Positions 10,204-22,599 are shown, counted from the stretch's first letter. The stretch: DNA of 64,000 bases from Aulosira sp. ZfuVER01 (GCA_034530615.2 JAVRCV020000036.1:64001-128000), one strand, 5' to 3'. Translations and numbers: made by a program. Notes: generated from the sequence alone by a model not told the origin.

Positions 10204-11208
10204 TTAAACTTGAACTGCTAGTTTGGCTTCCTTTGCTGTTAAACGCTCGTAAGCATCACGCATTTTCAAACCGGTTAGCACTTGGAACAAACCAGTTCCG
10301 TTGTTGGAACCTGGATACTCCCGGTGCTGGAGTAACAAGTGGGTCATCTCACCTTGGTATTTGGTGGATGTTTTACTCAGATGGGTTTCGATGTAAATGA
10401 CTTCTTCTAAATTGTCAAATTGACCGTCTACCTCTAATACGGAGACGTAACGACCGTAGTAAACATCTGAACCGTAGTACAGTTGCATACCAGGGTAGGA
10501 ACAAGTCAGCTTACGTCCGCAAGGTGTCCAGTTAATTGTTGAACCTTCATCAAAGAGGTAGGTTGGCTCAAAGCCTTCTTTCCCTTCGCGTTGGAGCATC
10601 CGTACCCGCAGGACTTTGCGCTCTGTGTCGTTTTTAATTAAGTTGGTGGGCAATACTTGCAGAACCACATCGGCAAATTCTCTTTGTGGCTCAATAAACT
10701 TATCAAAATCAGGCTTGCGGGAATTGATTTGAGCTAAGACATCTTCATAGCGATGTCCCCTTTCCGCCATGTCGCGCTGGATTTTCCAAGCAATTTTGAC
10801 TTCGTCGCTGATATCAAAATAAACACTGAAGTCAATTAGCGATCGCACCCGTTCATCATATAAAGGATGCAGTCCTTCAACCACTATGATATGATTTGGC
10901 TCGATCCGTTCTGGCGGATCAATCATGCCGGTTTCGTGGTTGTAAATCGGTTTATCAATTGCTTGACCATTTTTGAGCGCTTTAATTTGCTCATACATCA
11001 GGTCAAAGTTGTTCGCCCTAGGATCGAGTGCTGTGATCCCGGTTTCTTTGCGCTGTTTGCGATCTAGGGAATGATAGTCATCTAAACAGATAACTGTCAT
11101 TAAATCTTCACCAAACAAATCGATCAAACGACGCAAAAATGTAGATTTACCGCACCCAGAGTCCCCAGCTACTCCAATTAGTACCACGCGTTCCGGCTTA
11201 CTCGTCAT
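10204..11208 (-). CDS. prk: Phosphoribulokinase
   Basis: GDSGCGKST, DDYHSLDR, KIQRDMAERGH. Confidence 0.99.
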   Translation of the reverse strand: MTSKPERVVLIGVAGDSGCGKSTFLRRLIDLFGEDLMTVICLDDYHSLDRKQRKETGITALDPRANNFDLMYEQIKALKNGQAIDKPIYNHETGMIDPPERIEPNHIIVVEGLHPLYDERVRSLIDFSVYFDISDEVKIAWKIQRDMAERGHRYEDVLAQINSRKPDFDKFIEPQREFADVVLQVLPTNLIKNDTERKVLRVRMLQREGKEGFEPTYLFDEGSTINWTPCGRKLTCSYPGMQLYYGSDVYYGRYVSVLEVDGQFDNLEEVIYIETHLSKTSTKYQGEMTHLLLQHREYPGSNNGTGLFQVLTGLKMRDAYERLTAKEAKLAVQV

Positions 11209-12201
11209 AAATCTCCTCTCGATACTAAAAGATGTGTCAATTAAAGTTTTTCACACAGCAGATTTTGAAGCCAAGAGTTTACCCATTGGTTTTTCCGGCG
11301 TTCTTATTACCCACAGCGCCATAAAGAAGTTCAGACGGGTATAAAACAAAGTAATAGTTGTTACTCGCCTGCCTAGCCTGAGTTTGTTGCTGGTAAGTAT
11401 TTAATCCTAGTGGTATATTTGATTTTAACAGAAGGGGTTATTCTATACAAGTTTACTGTCAGGAAGAATCTAGCGGTTCATCGATCGTGTTAATGATTTA
11501 GTTGCGAATTTGAAAAGACATCTCTTGAATACCCACAAGCGGTCTGGTAAGGACTGCTAGGTATTTGTAACCCTATTAATCAAGTTTATAATGTATGGTT
11601 TTCTCTGTCCGCAAATTTTTTGCAATTTTGGAATTTTAATTTGCGATCGCGTAATACTCCAGCAATTCATCAGCCAAAATCTATCTAAAGAATGAGTTCC
11701 CAAGTGAGAGGAAAAAATTTTGGTTGTAGCTTTATGAACATAGTCAATTACATCTGACGCTTTCGGAAACTGTATTGTTAGAGGTTGACAGATCTATCAC
11801 ATCAAGTAAAACTTATTATAATTGTTTATATTTCGCCTCCCTGTAACATTTTTACGGAGAGGCATATCGTGCAGTAAAACAAATCTCAGTTAATGTCCGC
11901 CGGGATACCGGGAATCGCTGAGAAGCCTATACTGTACTGCTTGCAGTCAGCATAGAAGTTAACTAACTTCACGAAAAAAACATTAAATTGACTCATTATT
12001 AACATTCTCCAAACGACTTATCCTCTAACTTAGAAGGTGAACAGGTGTGTTTTTGCGCTGCCTGCATGTCTTTGGTGAGTGTACTTAGCAAGGCATTATT
12101 TATTGATGCCACTTTCCTAGAACGCCAGTTTTGTGAAGCGAAAATCCGGTAAACTTAAAGCTGGCTTGTGATAGGAAAAGTTTTTTTTGAAAAACGGTTA
12201 A

Positions 12202-13533
<1,332 letters not shown>

Positions 13534-13556
13534 GTTCTGAATACTGAGTTTTGAGT

Positions 13557-13585
13557 GTGTAGGTTGGGCAATGCCCAACCTACAA
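13557..13585. repeat. REP-like palindrome
   Basis: TGTAGGTTGGGCAATGCCCAACCTACA; related copies at ~17675-17700 and ~48396-48418. Confidence 0.7.
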
Positions 13586-13605
13586 TTGTTTTCAGGCCTA
13601 ATAAC

Positions 13606-13857
13606 TAGACCTGTGGCAAAAATCCGAATTAAGATAAAAAAGAACTACAGATGAACACAGATAATTATCGGTGTTTATCGGTGTTTATCTGTGGTTTGAT
13701 AACCAAAATATTGATATATCCAAGAGGTTAACTGAGTAATAATTTATTACTTATACTATTTCACTTTAATAGTGATACAAATACACGGGTAAGGGTTAGC
13801 AATGTTAAACCCCTACGAAACATCTATCTGTATCAGGATTTTTGTGAATTGGTATCA
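13606..13857. mobile_element. Two MITE-like repeats
   Basis: TAGACCTGTGG...CAAGAGGTTA with an internal ACAGAT/ATCTGT palindrome, then TGATACAAAT...TGTATCAGGATTTT..GAATTGGTATCA (similar to 23410-23521). Confidence 0.5.
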
Positions 13858-13895
13858 AGACTGAAAACTTAAAACTGGAATTTGGTACAAAAATT

Positions 13896-15194
13896 GTGGG
13901 TGTAAAACTAGGAATATTGGGATTAGGTACTGTAGGCACGGGTACTGTACAGTTGTTACAAGATACCACTGGGCGTCACCCGTTATTGCAGGAAATAGAA
14001 ATATATCGAGTGGGAGTGCGATCGCTTGATAAACCCCGTGAGGTAGAACTACCAGAGGGAGTAATTACAACAGACTTAGAAGCTATAGTTAACGATCCAG
14101 CAGTAGATATAGTTGTCGAAGTCATGGGTGGATTGGAACCAGCGCGATCGCTGATTCTTAAAGCACTACAAAACGGGAAACACGTTGTCACCGCCAATAA
14201 AGCGGCGATCGCCCGCTTTGGGCATGAAATCTTCACAACTGCCAATCAAGCAGGGGTATATGTCTTGCTAGAAGCAGCAGTTGGTGGTGGTATCCCTGTG
14301 ATTCAACCCCTCAAGCAGTCTTTAAGTGTGAACCGCATTCACACCGTCACAGGTATAGTCAACGGTACTACCAACTACATTCTGACAAGGATGCAAAAAG
14401 AAGGTAGCAATTTTGAGGATGTGTTGGCTGATGCCCAAAGATTAGGCTATGCAGAAGCCGATCCCACCGCCGATGTCGATGGCTTAGACGCAGCAGATAA
14501 AATTGCCATCCTCGCCTCATTAGCTTTTGGTGGACGCATTCACCTACAAGATGTTTATTGTGAAGGCATTCGGCAAGTTAGTAAAACAGATATTGCCTAT
14601 GCCGAGAAATTGGGGTTTGTGATTAAATTGCTAGCGATCGCCAAAATTCATAGTAGCGATAACTCAAAACTATCTGTAAGAGTTCATCCTACCTTAGTTA
14701 CTCAAGCACACCCTTTAGCTAGCATCAACGGCGTGTATAATGCCATTCTTGTGGAAGGAGAACCAATCGGGCAAGTAATGTTTTTTGGCCCTGGTGCGGG
14801 TGCTGGTGCAACCGCCAGTGCTGTAACCGCAGATATTTTAAATCTAGCGGCAACGCTCAAAACAGAAAAAGCCAGCACTACTCAACCCAATCCTTTATTA
14901 GCTTGTGGGCATCAAGACTACTGTCAAATTGCACCCATAGCCGAATTAGTAACTCGCTTTTATACCCGATTCTTAACTAAAGATCAACCAGGAGTCATTG
15001 GCAAACTAGGTACTTGCTTTGGCAATTACGGCGTTAGCTTAGAGTCTGTTGTCCAAACTGGTTTTCAGGGAGAACTAGCAGAGATTGTGGTTGTTACCCA
15101 TGATGTTAAAGAAGGTAACTTTCACCAAGCTTTGGCAGAAATTCAAAACTTGGAAGCCATAGACAGCATTCCTAGCTTACTGCGCGTACTGTGA
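13896..15194 (+). CDS. hom: Homoserine dehydrogenase
   Basis: GLGTVG, VTANK, EAAVGGGIP, NGTTNYIL, C-terminal ACT domain. Confidence 0.97.
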   Translation: MGVKLGILGLGTVGTGTVQLLQDTTGRHPLLQEIEIYRVGVRSLDKPREVELPEGVITTDLEAIVNDPAVDIVVEVMGGLEPARSLILKALQNGKHVVTANKAAIARFGHEIFTTANQAGVYVLLEAAVGGGIPVIQPLKQSLSVNRIHTVTGIVNGTTNYILTRMQKEGSNFEDVLADAQRLGYAEADPTADVDGLDAADKIAILASLAFGGRIHLQDVYCEGIRQVSKTDIAYAEKLGFVIKLLAIAKIHSSDNSKLSVRVHPTLVTQAHPLASINGVYNAILVEGEPIGQVMFFGPGAGAGATASAVTADILNLAATLKTEKASTTQPNPLLACGHQDYCQIAPIAELVTRFYTRFLTKDQPGVIGKLGTCFGNYGVSLESVVQTGFQGELAEIVVVTHDVKEGNFHQALAEIQNLEAIDSIPSLLRVL

Positions 15195-15474
15195 TGAATA
15201 ATCCAATTTGACTCAAGAAGTCTGAATGGCGATCGCTTTCCAATACACGTAGGCGATCGCCTTAGAGGTAGGAGTGGCATTGGCATAAATAGCACCGGCA
15301 GCATCAATGGACTTTAATTACTCGCGCTCACAGTTCCAACACCCTAGCAATTGCCAACTTTGAATCCATTATCTTTTCTTTGTAGAATCTTAGGGATTTC
15401 TCACAAATAAATTAACCACACAGACACAGAAATAAGGGATTTCCCTATTTGGTAGTCCCTTAGTCTAATTCTTC

Positions 15475-17112
15475 CTAATAGGCTGATTGTAATGGGGGAG
15501 CATTTCTTCTTTCAGGTACAGGATTAGTACCATCCCAAACAGCTCGCTGTCCATCAGCATTAATTAGAGTGATTTTTACTCTTTGTGAGGTGAAATTATT
15601 GGCAAAATCGTGTACCCATACTAACCATTCGTCTTCTGGAAGTGCGTTCAGCCCATTAAAATTAATTTGCAATTTTCTACAAAACTCTCCAGGATTACTA
15701 GGGTCAGGGTCTAGTGTAGAGATATAGTCTTGTTTAACTTCAATCCTTGTTTCTGGTTTTTCATTCTTGTTTTCGTCTAAATACACCATTTGCACTATTC
15801 CCCCCCCAGCTTGGGATAAATGCTCTCCAGCAAGGGTAAGTTGCGGATTTGTATTCCAGTCTTCAGGTTCACCCCACAAGACTACTTGGGTGATATTGGG
15901 GCCAGCTTTGCGGACAGCTTTACCACCAATGTAGCCACCAGCACTGATTCCCATGAGTACCAAAATTTCCTGGGGGATGGATGGTAAAGAGGATGCAGTT
16001 GTATAGGTAACTAAGAGAATGACGATAAAAGCAATACCAATAATCAGGTTCCAAACTACCTGCTGTACCCGTTCTAAAGCTACTACCCCACCATGCACCA
16101 CCAAATCTGACCAAGCAGGATTAACGTCCCCAGATCCCTTACTACCACGGAATGTAGAGGTTGCCTGTGCCGTCACCAGTGTTACTAAACTAATCAAAAA
16201 AGTATAGGCGAATCCTGATAAAGGAATGAATTCCCAAATGCCTTGGATGACTCCGCGGCCAATGAACAGAAATAAATAGCCAAAAACAATTATAGTTAGC
16301 CACCATACAAACTGGACACGTGCCAGACTAAAGGTGTTTGTCTGACGCTCCAGAATCAACCACTCTAATGAATTGAGGTTTTTTTGATTGCTCTTTTTGA
16401 GCGAATTCGATGGCAAGTTTGCATTTTTGGACTCTGTAGCCAGCGCATAGATAATTACCACAATGATGAGCGTTACAAGAGTAGCAAGTGCAAACACAAT
16501 CAATGTCGTCAACCCGCTTACAGGACGCATTACATTGACCTGAAGTTGCTCCTCTGTAACTTGAGGGTCAATGCTAGTTGCATTTCCTCCAACTTCCACA
16601 CTTACAGGATGTTTTCCTCGACCCAATTTCCGTAGCTGCTCATTACTAAAAGTGGCAAAAATTGCCTTTCTATCTTCTGAGATTCTGATATTAGTAGTGG
16701 TAGCAACATCAGGGGGATTACCGATTTTGACTGCGATTTTATTTTTGAGCGAATTGTCTGGTTGGGGAAAATTGTCTCCTGTTACCACTAAATTGAGTTT
16801 TTCTTGGCCGTAACCTCTAATATTTTCTGGTACAAGTGACTGAGGAATGCTGACATACAATTCTTTAGGGCTAACGTTCCTAATTGAAGTTACATCAGGT
16901 GCAATTAGCGCTTCATTGGTACTTTGCGAAATATAAGTTGTACTATCTGTCTGAGTAGAGTTGATATTAGTTGGCTGGTTAGCGCTATCATCTTGCCGTG
17001 CTTGACTCACACCTACAGTAGTGAATAAGAAGATGCACACCAGCGCCAAAGATAGCAGAGGGTAATAATACCTCTTGCTTATTCGTTTCCAGGACATTTT
17101 GAATAGGCGCAT
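15475..17112 (-). CDS. Uncharacterised multi-pass membrane protein
   Basis: Signal peptide, beta-rich soluble domain, ~6 hydrophobic segments with an internally duplicated RVQxxxW motif. Confidence 0.75.
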   Translation of the reverse strand: MRLFKMSWKRISKRYYYPLLSLALVCIFLFTTVGVSQARQDDSANQPTNINSTQTDSTTYISQSTNEALIAPDVTSIRNVSPKELYVSIPQSLVPENIRGYGQEKLNLVVTGDNFPQPDNSLKNKIAVKIGNPPDVATTTNIRISEDRKAIFATFSNEQLRKLGRGKHPVSVEVGGNATSIDPQVTEEQLQVNVMRPVSGLTTLIVFALATLVTLIIVVIIYALATESKNANLPSNSLKKSNQKNLNSLEWLILERQTNTFSLARVQFVWWLTIIVFGYLFLFIGRGVIQGIWEFIPLSGFAYTFLISLVTLVTAQATSTFRGSKGSGDVNPAWSDLVVHGGVVALERVQQVVWNLIIGIAFIVILLVTYTTASSLPSIPQEILVLMGISAGGYIGGKAVRKAGPNITQVVLWGEPEDWNTNPQLTLAGEHLSQAGGGIVQMVYLDENKNEKPETRIEVKQDYISTLDPDPSNPGEFCRKLQINFNGLNALPEDEWLVWVHDFANNFTSQRVKITLINADGQRAVWDGTNPVPERRNAPPLQSAY

Positions 17113-17455
17113 AAATTATTGTAAGAGTATCCCTGAGCTACTTAATAGAGATGAATAAACCTAATGTGTGATTTTCTCGATCTAGCCTTCAGAAACCAAT
17201 TTCTCGGTTGAAAATACTGGGGGCTTGTAGATCGTTAGGTTTTTAATGCATCTCAGTATTCCTTGTTTATTAAACTGCTCACAGTGGACTGAGGTAATGA
17301 TTTGTAATTTTATTTAGTATTCAGCAGTCTAATTTGAGAAATCCTCATGTCGCTTCAGAGTGTAGCACCCCCTGCTATTTTAGCGATCGCGTCCATTACC
17401 CACACTACTAATACGAGTAACATAAATTACACTTATTTAACTCTGTAGATGGCTC

Positions 17456-17545
17456 ATGCCAAAAATTGTTGTATTTAGTGGTGCAGGCCTTTCAGTAGAA
17501 AGCGGTATTCCAACTTTTAGAGGTTCAGGAGGGTTATGGGAAGGG
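17456..17545 (+). pseudogene. Sirtuin (CobB-like) N-terminal stub
   Basis: [28 protein letters not shown] is the sirtuin start; the rest of the ORF reads through repeats. Confidence 0.85.
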
Positions 17546-17636
17546 CAAAAGTCAGTCAGTGGGCGATCGGAATTGGGTAGGGGAGATGATGATTTACCAC
17601 CAACCCCCTTCACAGGAATTCAAAATTTAAAATTAA

Positions 17637-17662
17637 TAACCCCACGGATGAATCCGGGGGCT
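17637..17662. mobile_element. Possible IS200/IS605-type end hairpin remnant
   Basis: AACCCCACGGATGAATCCGGGGGCT hairpin; no transposase nearby. Confidence 0.35.
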
Positions 17663-17728
17663 GGAATTAAAGTTGTAGAGCTGGCATTGCCCACCCTACG
17701 CAGAAGTCTAACTTTCAGAAATTTAAGT

Positions 17729-18599
17729 TTACAAGCTTTGAACTGCTTGAGTTGTCTTCACCGGAAAGCGAAAAACAGCAATAATTGCTCTGACGGTAAA
17801 CACAAACATTGCCATAGCGCCAATAGCAAATATAATATCCCCAGGTATTCGTAACCACACAGTCCAGCGCATCCAAGGACTGCTAATTACTTCAGCACTC
17901 CGCGCATACCAAGTACCGTAATTAATCGACTGTGCAAGTTGGTAGAAACCATTAGGAATTAAGCCAAAAATCAGCATTCCCATCAAACCACCATTGATTG
18001 TCCAGAAATAAAAGCGTAACAACCATTCATGCCAAGCATCTTCTGGGACAAATTCTCGTAAAGCAAATAGCATCAAAGCTAATGCTAAACAGCCATAAAC
18101 ACCAAATAAGGCTGCATGAGCATGAATTGGTGTGGTATTTAAACCTTGGGAGTAATAGAGAACAATTGGCGGATTTATTAAGAAACCAAACACTCCTGCA
18201 CCGATTAAATTCCAAAAACAGGTAGCAAGAAAAAAGCGTAAAGGCCAACGGTAAAAACCTTCTGCTTCCTGAGATAATTTCAGCGTTTTTAATACCTCAA
18301 ACCCAATTAGCGATAAAAGTACTACCGTGTCCCCAAATGCTGCCAATATGTTGCCCACCACGAGCCAGATAAGTTTCTTGTCCAGCCTGAATTTCTGCCT
18401 TTGTCAGGATGACTTCTTGTTGCGGAGAACGTACAAATTCAGGAACAGGAGGAGCATTTTTCCAAATTACTGCTCCTGCTGCCAATAAAGCTGTAAAAGT
18501 AACGATACAAATCAGTACTAACCAAGCAGGTAAACTGAGCGATCGCCTACGAGCAGATGTAAGATTATCTGCAACTACCGTGGTATTAGCCATAGCCAA
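17729..18599 (-). pseudogene. norB: Quinol-dependent nitric oxide reductase (qNor), internally deleted and frameshifted
   Basis: N-terminus up to GSIWGHGS joined out of frame to a C-terminal part with WNLIGAGVFGFLINPP, HAHAALFGVYG, GTWYARS and WLRIPGD. Confidence 0.9.
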
Positions 18600-18633
18600 A
18601 ACTCCAAAATCGCTTGAGCTATAGTGATAGATA

Positions 18634-19125
18634 TTAAGCAGTTACAGTCAATTTAGCTTGTTCGCGAGCATCGACTACTAAAACTAAACATAAAGTTGCG
18701 ATCGCCTTTTGCCATTCTTGCCGTACCTGAGCATTTTCCACACCATCAAATAATGCGATCAACCGAGGAACAGAAGCTTCTAAAGCAGCACGTGGTACAG
18801 GACGGTGTAAATCCACTAAGTTAGTTAAACTTTCGCGATTATTAAGAAATCCAATTACCCAAGCTGTTGTATGCTCCGGGCCATCAGGAACGCGCTTAAC
18901 TCCTAATTGATTTTTTAGCCAGTTGTAAAAAGGTGGTAATTCTTGAGCTAAAACTGCTCCTGCTGTTGGTAATGTTTCCTTCAGTAAATTAGTGTTTAAG
19001 CTACCTAGCTCTTGATTTAATTCAGATGATTCGAAAACTTCAGCTAGTGGCTTTGAGAGTATTGCTTCTAACTGAGTTTGAGAGAAGTTTAAGTGTTGAC
19101 TAAAAGTTGAAATTAGGGATTGCAT
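18634..19125 (-). CDS. Hypothetical protein in the norB operon
   Basis: 163-aa ORF with GAGGA RBS, co-oriented and tightly spaced. Confidence 0.75.
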   Translation of the reverse strand: MQSLISTFSQHLNFSQTQLEAILSKPLAEVFESSELNQELGSLNTNLLKETLPTAGAVLAQELPPFYNWLKNQLGVKRVPDGPEHTTAWVIGFLNNRESLTNLVDLHRPVPRAALEASVPRLIALFDGVENAQVRQEWQKAIATLCLVLVVDAREQAKLTVTA

Positions 19126-19150
19126 AATTCATTCCTCAATAAATAACTAA

Positions 19151-19498
19151 CTAATTTATCTCTGCTACTTTTTCAGAAAGTATGAGCAAGAATGCAAGGT
19201 TTTCTTCGGCTTGTAAAGCATGAGGTGCATTAGCAGGCATGAAAACTAAAATACCAGGCTCAAGGACAATATTTTTACCTGATAAAGTTAGTAAACCTCT
19301 GCCTTCAATGACATTGACCGTGGCATTGCGAGTTGAAGTGTGTTCGGAAATTTCAGTAGTTGCTGCTAGGCAAAATAGAGTATATTGACAAACTCGATCT
19401 TTGATTAATACTTTACTCAGAACTCCGCTATGGGGATATTCAATTTGTTCTCGCAGTTGGATAACGCAAGATTGATTTGTTGTGATTGTAGAACTCAT
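19151..19498 (-). CDS. Cupin-domain protein
   Basis: ISEHTS...VIEGRG...MPANAPHAL. Confidence 0.9.
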   Translation of the reverse strand: MSSTITTNQSCVIQLREQIEYPHSGVLSKVLIKDRVCQYTLFCLAATTEISEHTSTRNATVNVIEGRGLLTLSGKNIVLEPGILVFMPANAPHALQAEENLAFLLILSEKVAEIN

Positions 19499-19560
19499 AT
19501 TTTTGCAGGGTAATTAATGCCAATTAACACACTAGCGTGTCAATTTTGCGGTGAATTATA

Positions 19561-20337
19561 TTACTCAGAAACAGCGCACATAATGATGTAACCTAATTCA
19601 TGGCGGTATTGATGAAAAACTTGGCGCATTTCTAAAACACGCTTGCGAATAGATTGCTGTGTCAAAATATTCCACAAAATCCGCATTGTGTTCAAAATGC
19701 CTTCATCTTGCAATATTCGTCGCAAATTCAATAAATTCATGGAGCCAGTGCAATGCTGTTGCACTTGTAATCCTGCCGTTGCTAAAGCATCTATCCAATT
19801 AGCTTCAGAAAGTGGTGTAGAATTAACTCGAATTATCTTTGCTAAATCAGCATGAATTTGTTCTTCTTTGCCACGAGCTAAAAGTTCATGAGAGAGGAAT
19901 TTTCCTCCTGGTTTGAGCCGATTATGAATTTCCTGCAAAACCTTAGCTTTCCCCTGTGGAGATTGCATAGTAAGAATTGCTTCTGCTAAAACATAATCAA
20001 ATAGCCCTGGTATTTTATCCAGGTGAAATATATCACCTTCAATAATTTCCACTTGATTTTCTAAGCCAGCAGCGCGAATATTGGCACGCGCATAAGCAAC
20101 GCTCTGCGAATCTTTTTCTATTCCCAAGACTTTTACATGGTAGCGTTGCGCCAGAGCGATCGCACTATAACCAAAGCTAGAAGCTAGCTCTAAAACCGTC
20201 TCTCCAGGGTTGAAATTTGCCCACTGAAATAATTGCTCTGTAGCTATCCGTCCACCAGGACGCAAATATTTTTTGCCTGCTGCTGCTAAAACTTGGTGTC
20301 CGGAGGCGGTTGGGAAATTAAGGGTAGGGTTGGTCAT
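19561..20337 (-). CDS. Class I SAM-dependent methyltransferase
   Basis: LRPGG, VLELASSFG motif I, FDYVLAEA, LKPGG. Confidence 0.9.
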   Translation of the reverse strand: MTNPTLNFPTASGHQVLAAAGKKYLRPGGRIATEQLFQWANFNPGETVLELASSFGYSAIALAQRYHVKVLGIEKDSQSVAYARANIRAAGLENQVEIIEGDIFHLDKIPGLFDYVLAEAILTMQSPQGKAKVLQEIHNRLKPGGKFLSHELLARGKEEQIHADLAKIIRVNSTPLSEANWIDALATAGLQVQQHCTGSMNLLNLRRILQDEGILNTMRILWNILTQQSIRKRVLEMRQVFHQYRHELGYIIMCAVSE

Positions 20338-20396
20338 CTGTGTGACCCTCTGAACTCATCTTACCTCCACTCTGCCACTCATTTCTCTTGCTGTCT

Positions 20397-20410
20397 TTGA
20401 GGTAGCTCAG
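20397..20410. promoter_or_regulatory. Fnr/Dnr-like palindromic box
   Basis: TTGAGGTAGCTCAG, ~60 nt upstream of the methyltransferase-norB operon; twin at 23733. Confidence 0.55.
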
Positions 20411-20424
20411 AGAAGAAAAAAGAT

Positions 20425-20712
20425 ATGGCTGTTTCTGAAAAAGGTCGATTAGACTATGAATCAAATGTTGCTGAGTATAAAAAAATGAATCGCAAGACAG
20501 CTAGCACATGGTTAATTTTGTTGTTCTTGATATTTGTGGGTTTTGGGGATAGCTTTCTACCCAAACCCTTAAGTACGGCTAGCTTACACACTCGCACAAG
20601 CATCAATCAATTTTTTGTTGGGTTGTTTCCGAGTTGGCAACCCAGAACTCGTCCTAATGCACGTACAGAAAGGGCTGTAGAAGAGATTGAAAACGGTGGT
20701 TCCAAGAAATAG
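20425..20712 (+). CDS. Small membrane hypothetical protein (start may be 20485)
   Basis: Hydrophobic segment followed by GDSFLPKPLSTAS. Confidence 0.65.
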   Translation: MAVSEKGRLDYESNVAEYKKMNRKTASTWLILLFLIFVGFGDSFLPKPLSTASLHTRTSINQFFVGLFPSWQPRTRPNARTERAVEEIENGGSKK

Positions 20713-21067
20713 AAAAATTCTCAAGTTTAGAATCAACTGATAAAACGATAAAGCATTTCCTCATCTGCGTTTATCTGTCTTGAAAAGTTTTGCGCCGGGA
20801 AACCCGGACGCGCAAACTTTTCGCTGCATCCATCCTCTTCTATCGGCGGTTAATTCTTTCTTGTTCTCACGAATGTGAGAATCGCTATAAATTTCACAAT
20901 CCTTTTTAGTTTTAACAACAGGCTTAAGTTGGGGCTTAACTTCTAATCTTGACTGGTGTATACCATTCGCATGTAACAGACTTGAGAAAGTCTATAGCCC
21001 CCATACAATCCAATTGAAATAAAGGCTGAAATTTTTTTCAGTTTTGATTGCATTGTGAAACGAACGG

Positions 21068-21620
21068 ATGAACCTTCTACGAACCCTCCGCCAACACGGT
21101 CAATCCGTCTGGCTTGATGGTCTTGAGCGAAATTTGATTCTCACAGGTCAGTTGCAGCGATTAATTGACAACGGCTTGCGCGGTTTCATCTCCAACTTCA
21201 CGAGTTTAGATCAAGCAATTCGACAGGAGAGCTACGAGCGAGACTTTCGAGCCATTAAGCGTCAATCAGATATCAATGCTCAATCGCTCTATGCATATCT
21301 CACGATTCAAGATATGCAGCTAGCGGCTGATTTGATGAAAGCCGTTCATAACCTAACCCATGCTGGTGATGGCTTTGTTAATTTAGATCTACCGCCCCAG
21401 TTTGCACTTACTACTCAAGCCACTTTGACTGAAGCCCGTCGGCTTTGGCAAACGGTGGGGTGGTCTAATTTTATGCTCAAAATTCCCGCAACTTCTGTTA
21501 CCGTTTCAGTAATTGAGCAACTGATCCATAAGGGCATCAACATCAATGTGACCTTGCTCTTTTCCCAAGCTATCTACGAACAGGTCGCAGAGGCGTACTT
21601 GAGAGGACTAGAAGCCTTGT
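21068..21620 (+). pseudogene. tal: Transaldolase N-terminal fragment
   Basis: GQSVWLD, MLKIPAT, GININVTLLFS; ends after YLRGLEAL, about half of a full enzyme. Confidence 0.8.
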
Positions 21621-22428
21621 CGATTAGACATCGCCGCAGTAACGAGTGAATTGCATCTGGTAGTCTGCGCCTGGAAGTTTTGCTGACAATATCTTCACTC
21701 AACTCAAAAAGTGAGATCGGTTCCCGGTTAATCGCTAACCAAAAGAGCATTTCCTGCTCAATCTCAGACAAGCGATCGCACTGTCGCTCAAGCAAATCTC
21801 GAATGTCATCAAAGACGGCTAACCCCTGTTGCACATAGTTCAATATCTCGACAATTCTGCCATTAAAAAGTTCTTGAGTTGTAGCTGCCACCAGTTTTAG
21901 CGCTAAGGGGTTGCCGCCATAGTGTGTAACTAATCTTTCCCACTCCGATTCCATACCCGCAAATGTCCCTTTGTGGCGAAACAGTTCTCGTCCTGCTTCT
22001 GGATTCAGTCCCTTGAGCAGTAGCGATCGCACTCTTGATTTCTTGCCTTCGAGTTGCACAATCTCTCTAGGCTTTTCACGACTGGTAAGCAGCAAGCAAC
22101 TCTGATGGGATACCTCTCCAATATTCTGGAACAGTTGACCATATCCCTCGTAGCCGACTCGATACTGTCCGATTTGCCCTGACTTCAAAATGGTTTCTGC
22201 ATTGTCCAAAATCAACAAACATCGGCAGGAACGTAAACCCTTCATCAGCTCTAGCAGTTTCCCATCCAGGCTACTGGGTACAGCGATATCCTCTCCTTGT
22301 GCCCGTAGCAAGATAGGCAGCACACTTTCTAACCACTCTGCCAACGCTGGCGCATTTTGCAGCGATCGCCAAACCACCACCTCAAACTCGGTTTGAATTT
22401 GTTGCACAAGTTTGGCAGCTAAGGTGCT
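21616..22428 (-). pseudogene. NB-ARC/STAND NTPase internal fragment
   Basis: TLAAKL, WRSLQNAP, LLILDNAE, LLLTSRE, GGNPLALKL, SLLRRCLI; Walker A GK and C-terminal repeats missing. Confidence 0.85.
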
Positions 22429-22539
22429 TTCGGTACTCAGATGCGAGGTGCATCGAATGCTAAGGCAAAACGGGAACTGAATTTTCAGCCCCGACCCTTG
22501 GAATGTATGGTTGATGCCACCGTGGCTCATACCGGTTAA
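22429..22539 (+). pseudogene. C-terminal tail of an NAD-dependent epimerase/dehydratase
   Basis: Manual translation FGTQMRGASNAKAKRELNFQPRPLECMVDATVAHTG*; SNAKAKREL is the typical extended-SDR tail. Not in the ORF track. Confidence 0.65.
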
Positions 22540-22599
22540 TAATTTCAGGTAGAAGCAAGATGAACATTGCTCAATATGGAACAATGATCGTGGTCATCC

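Noticed and set aside
11842..11856. NtcA site upstream of petH
   Set aside because: GTA-N7-TAC spacing, not the canonical N8.
17546..17854. Remainder of the 132-aa 'sirtuin' ORF
   Set aside because: After residue ~30 it reads through repeats and the antisense strand of norB.
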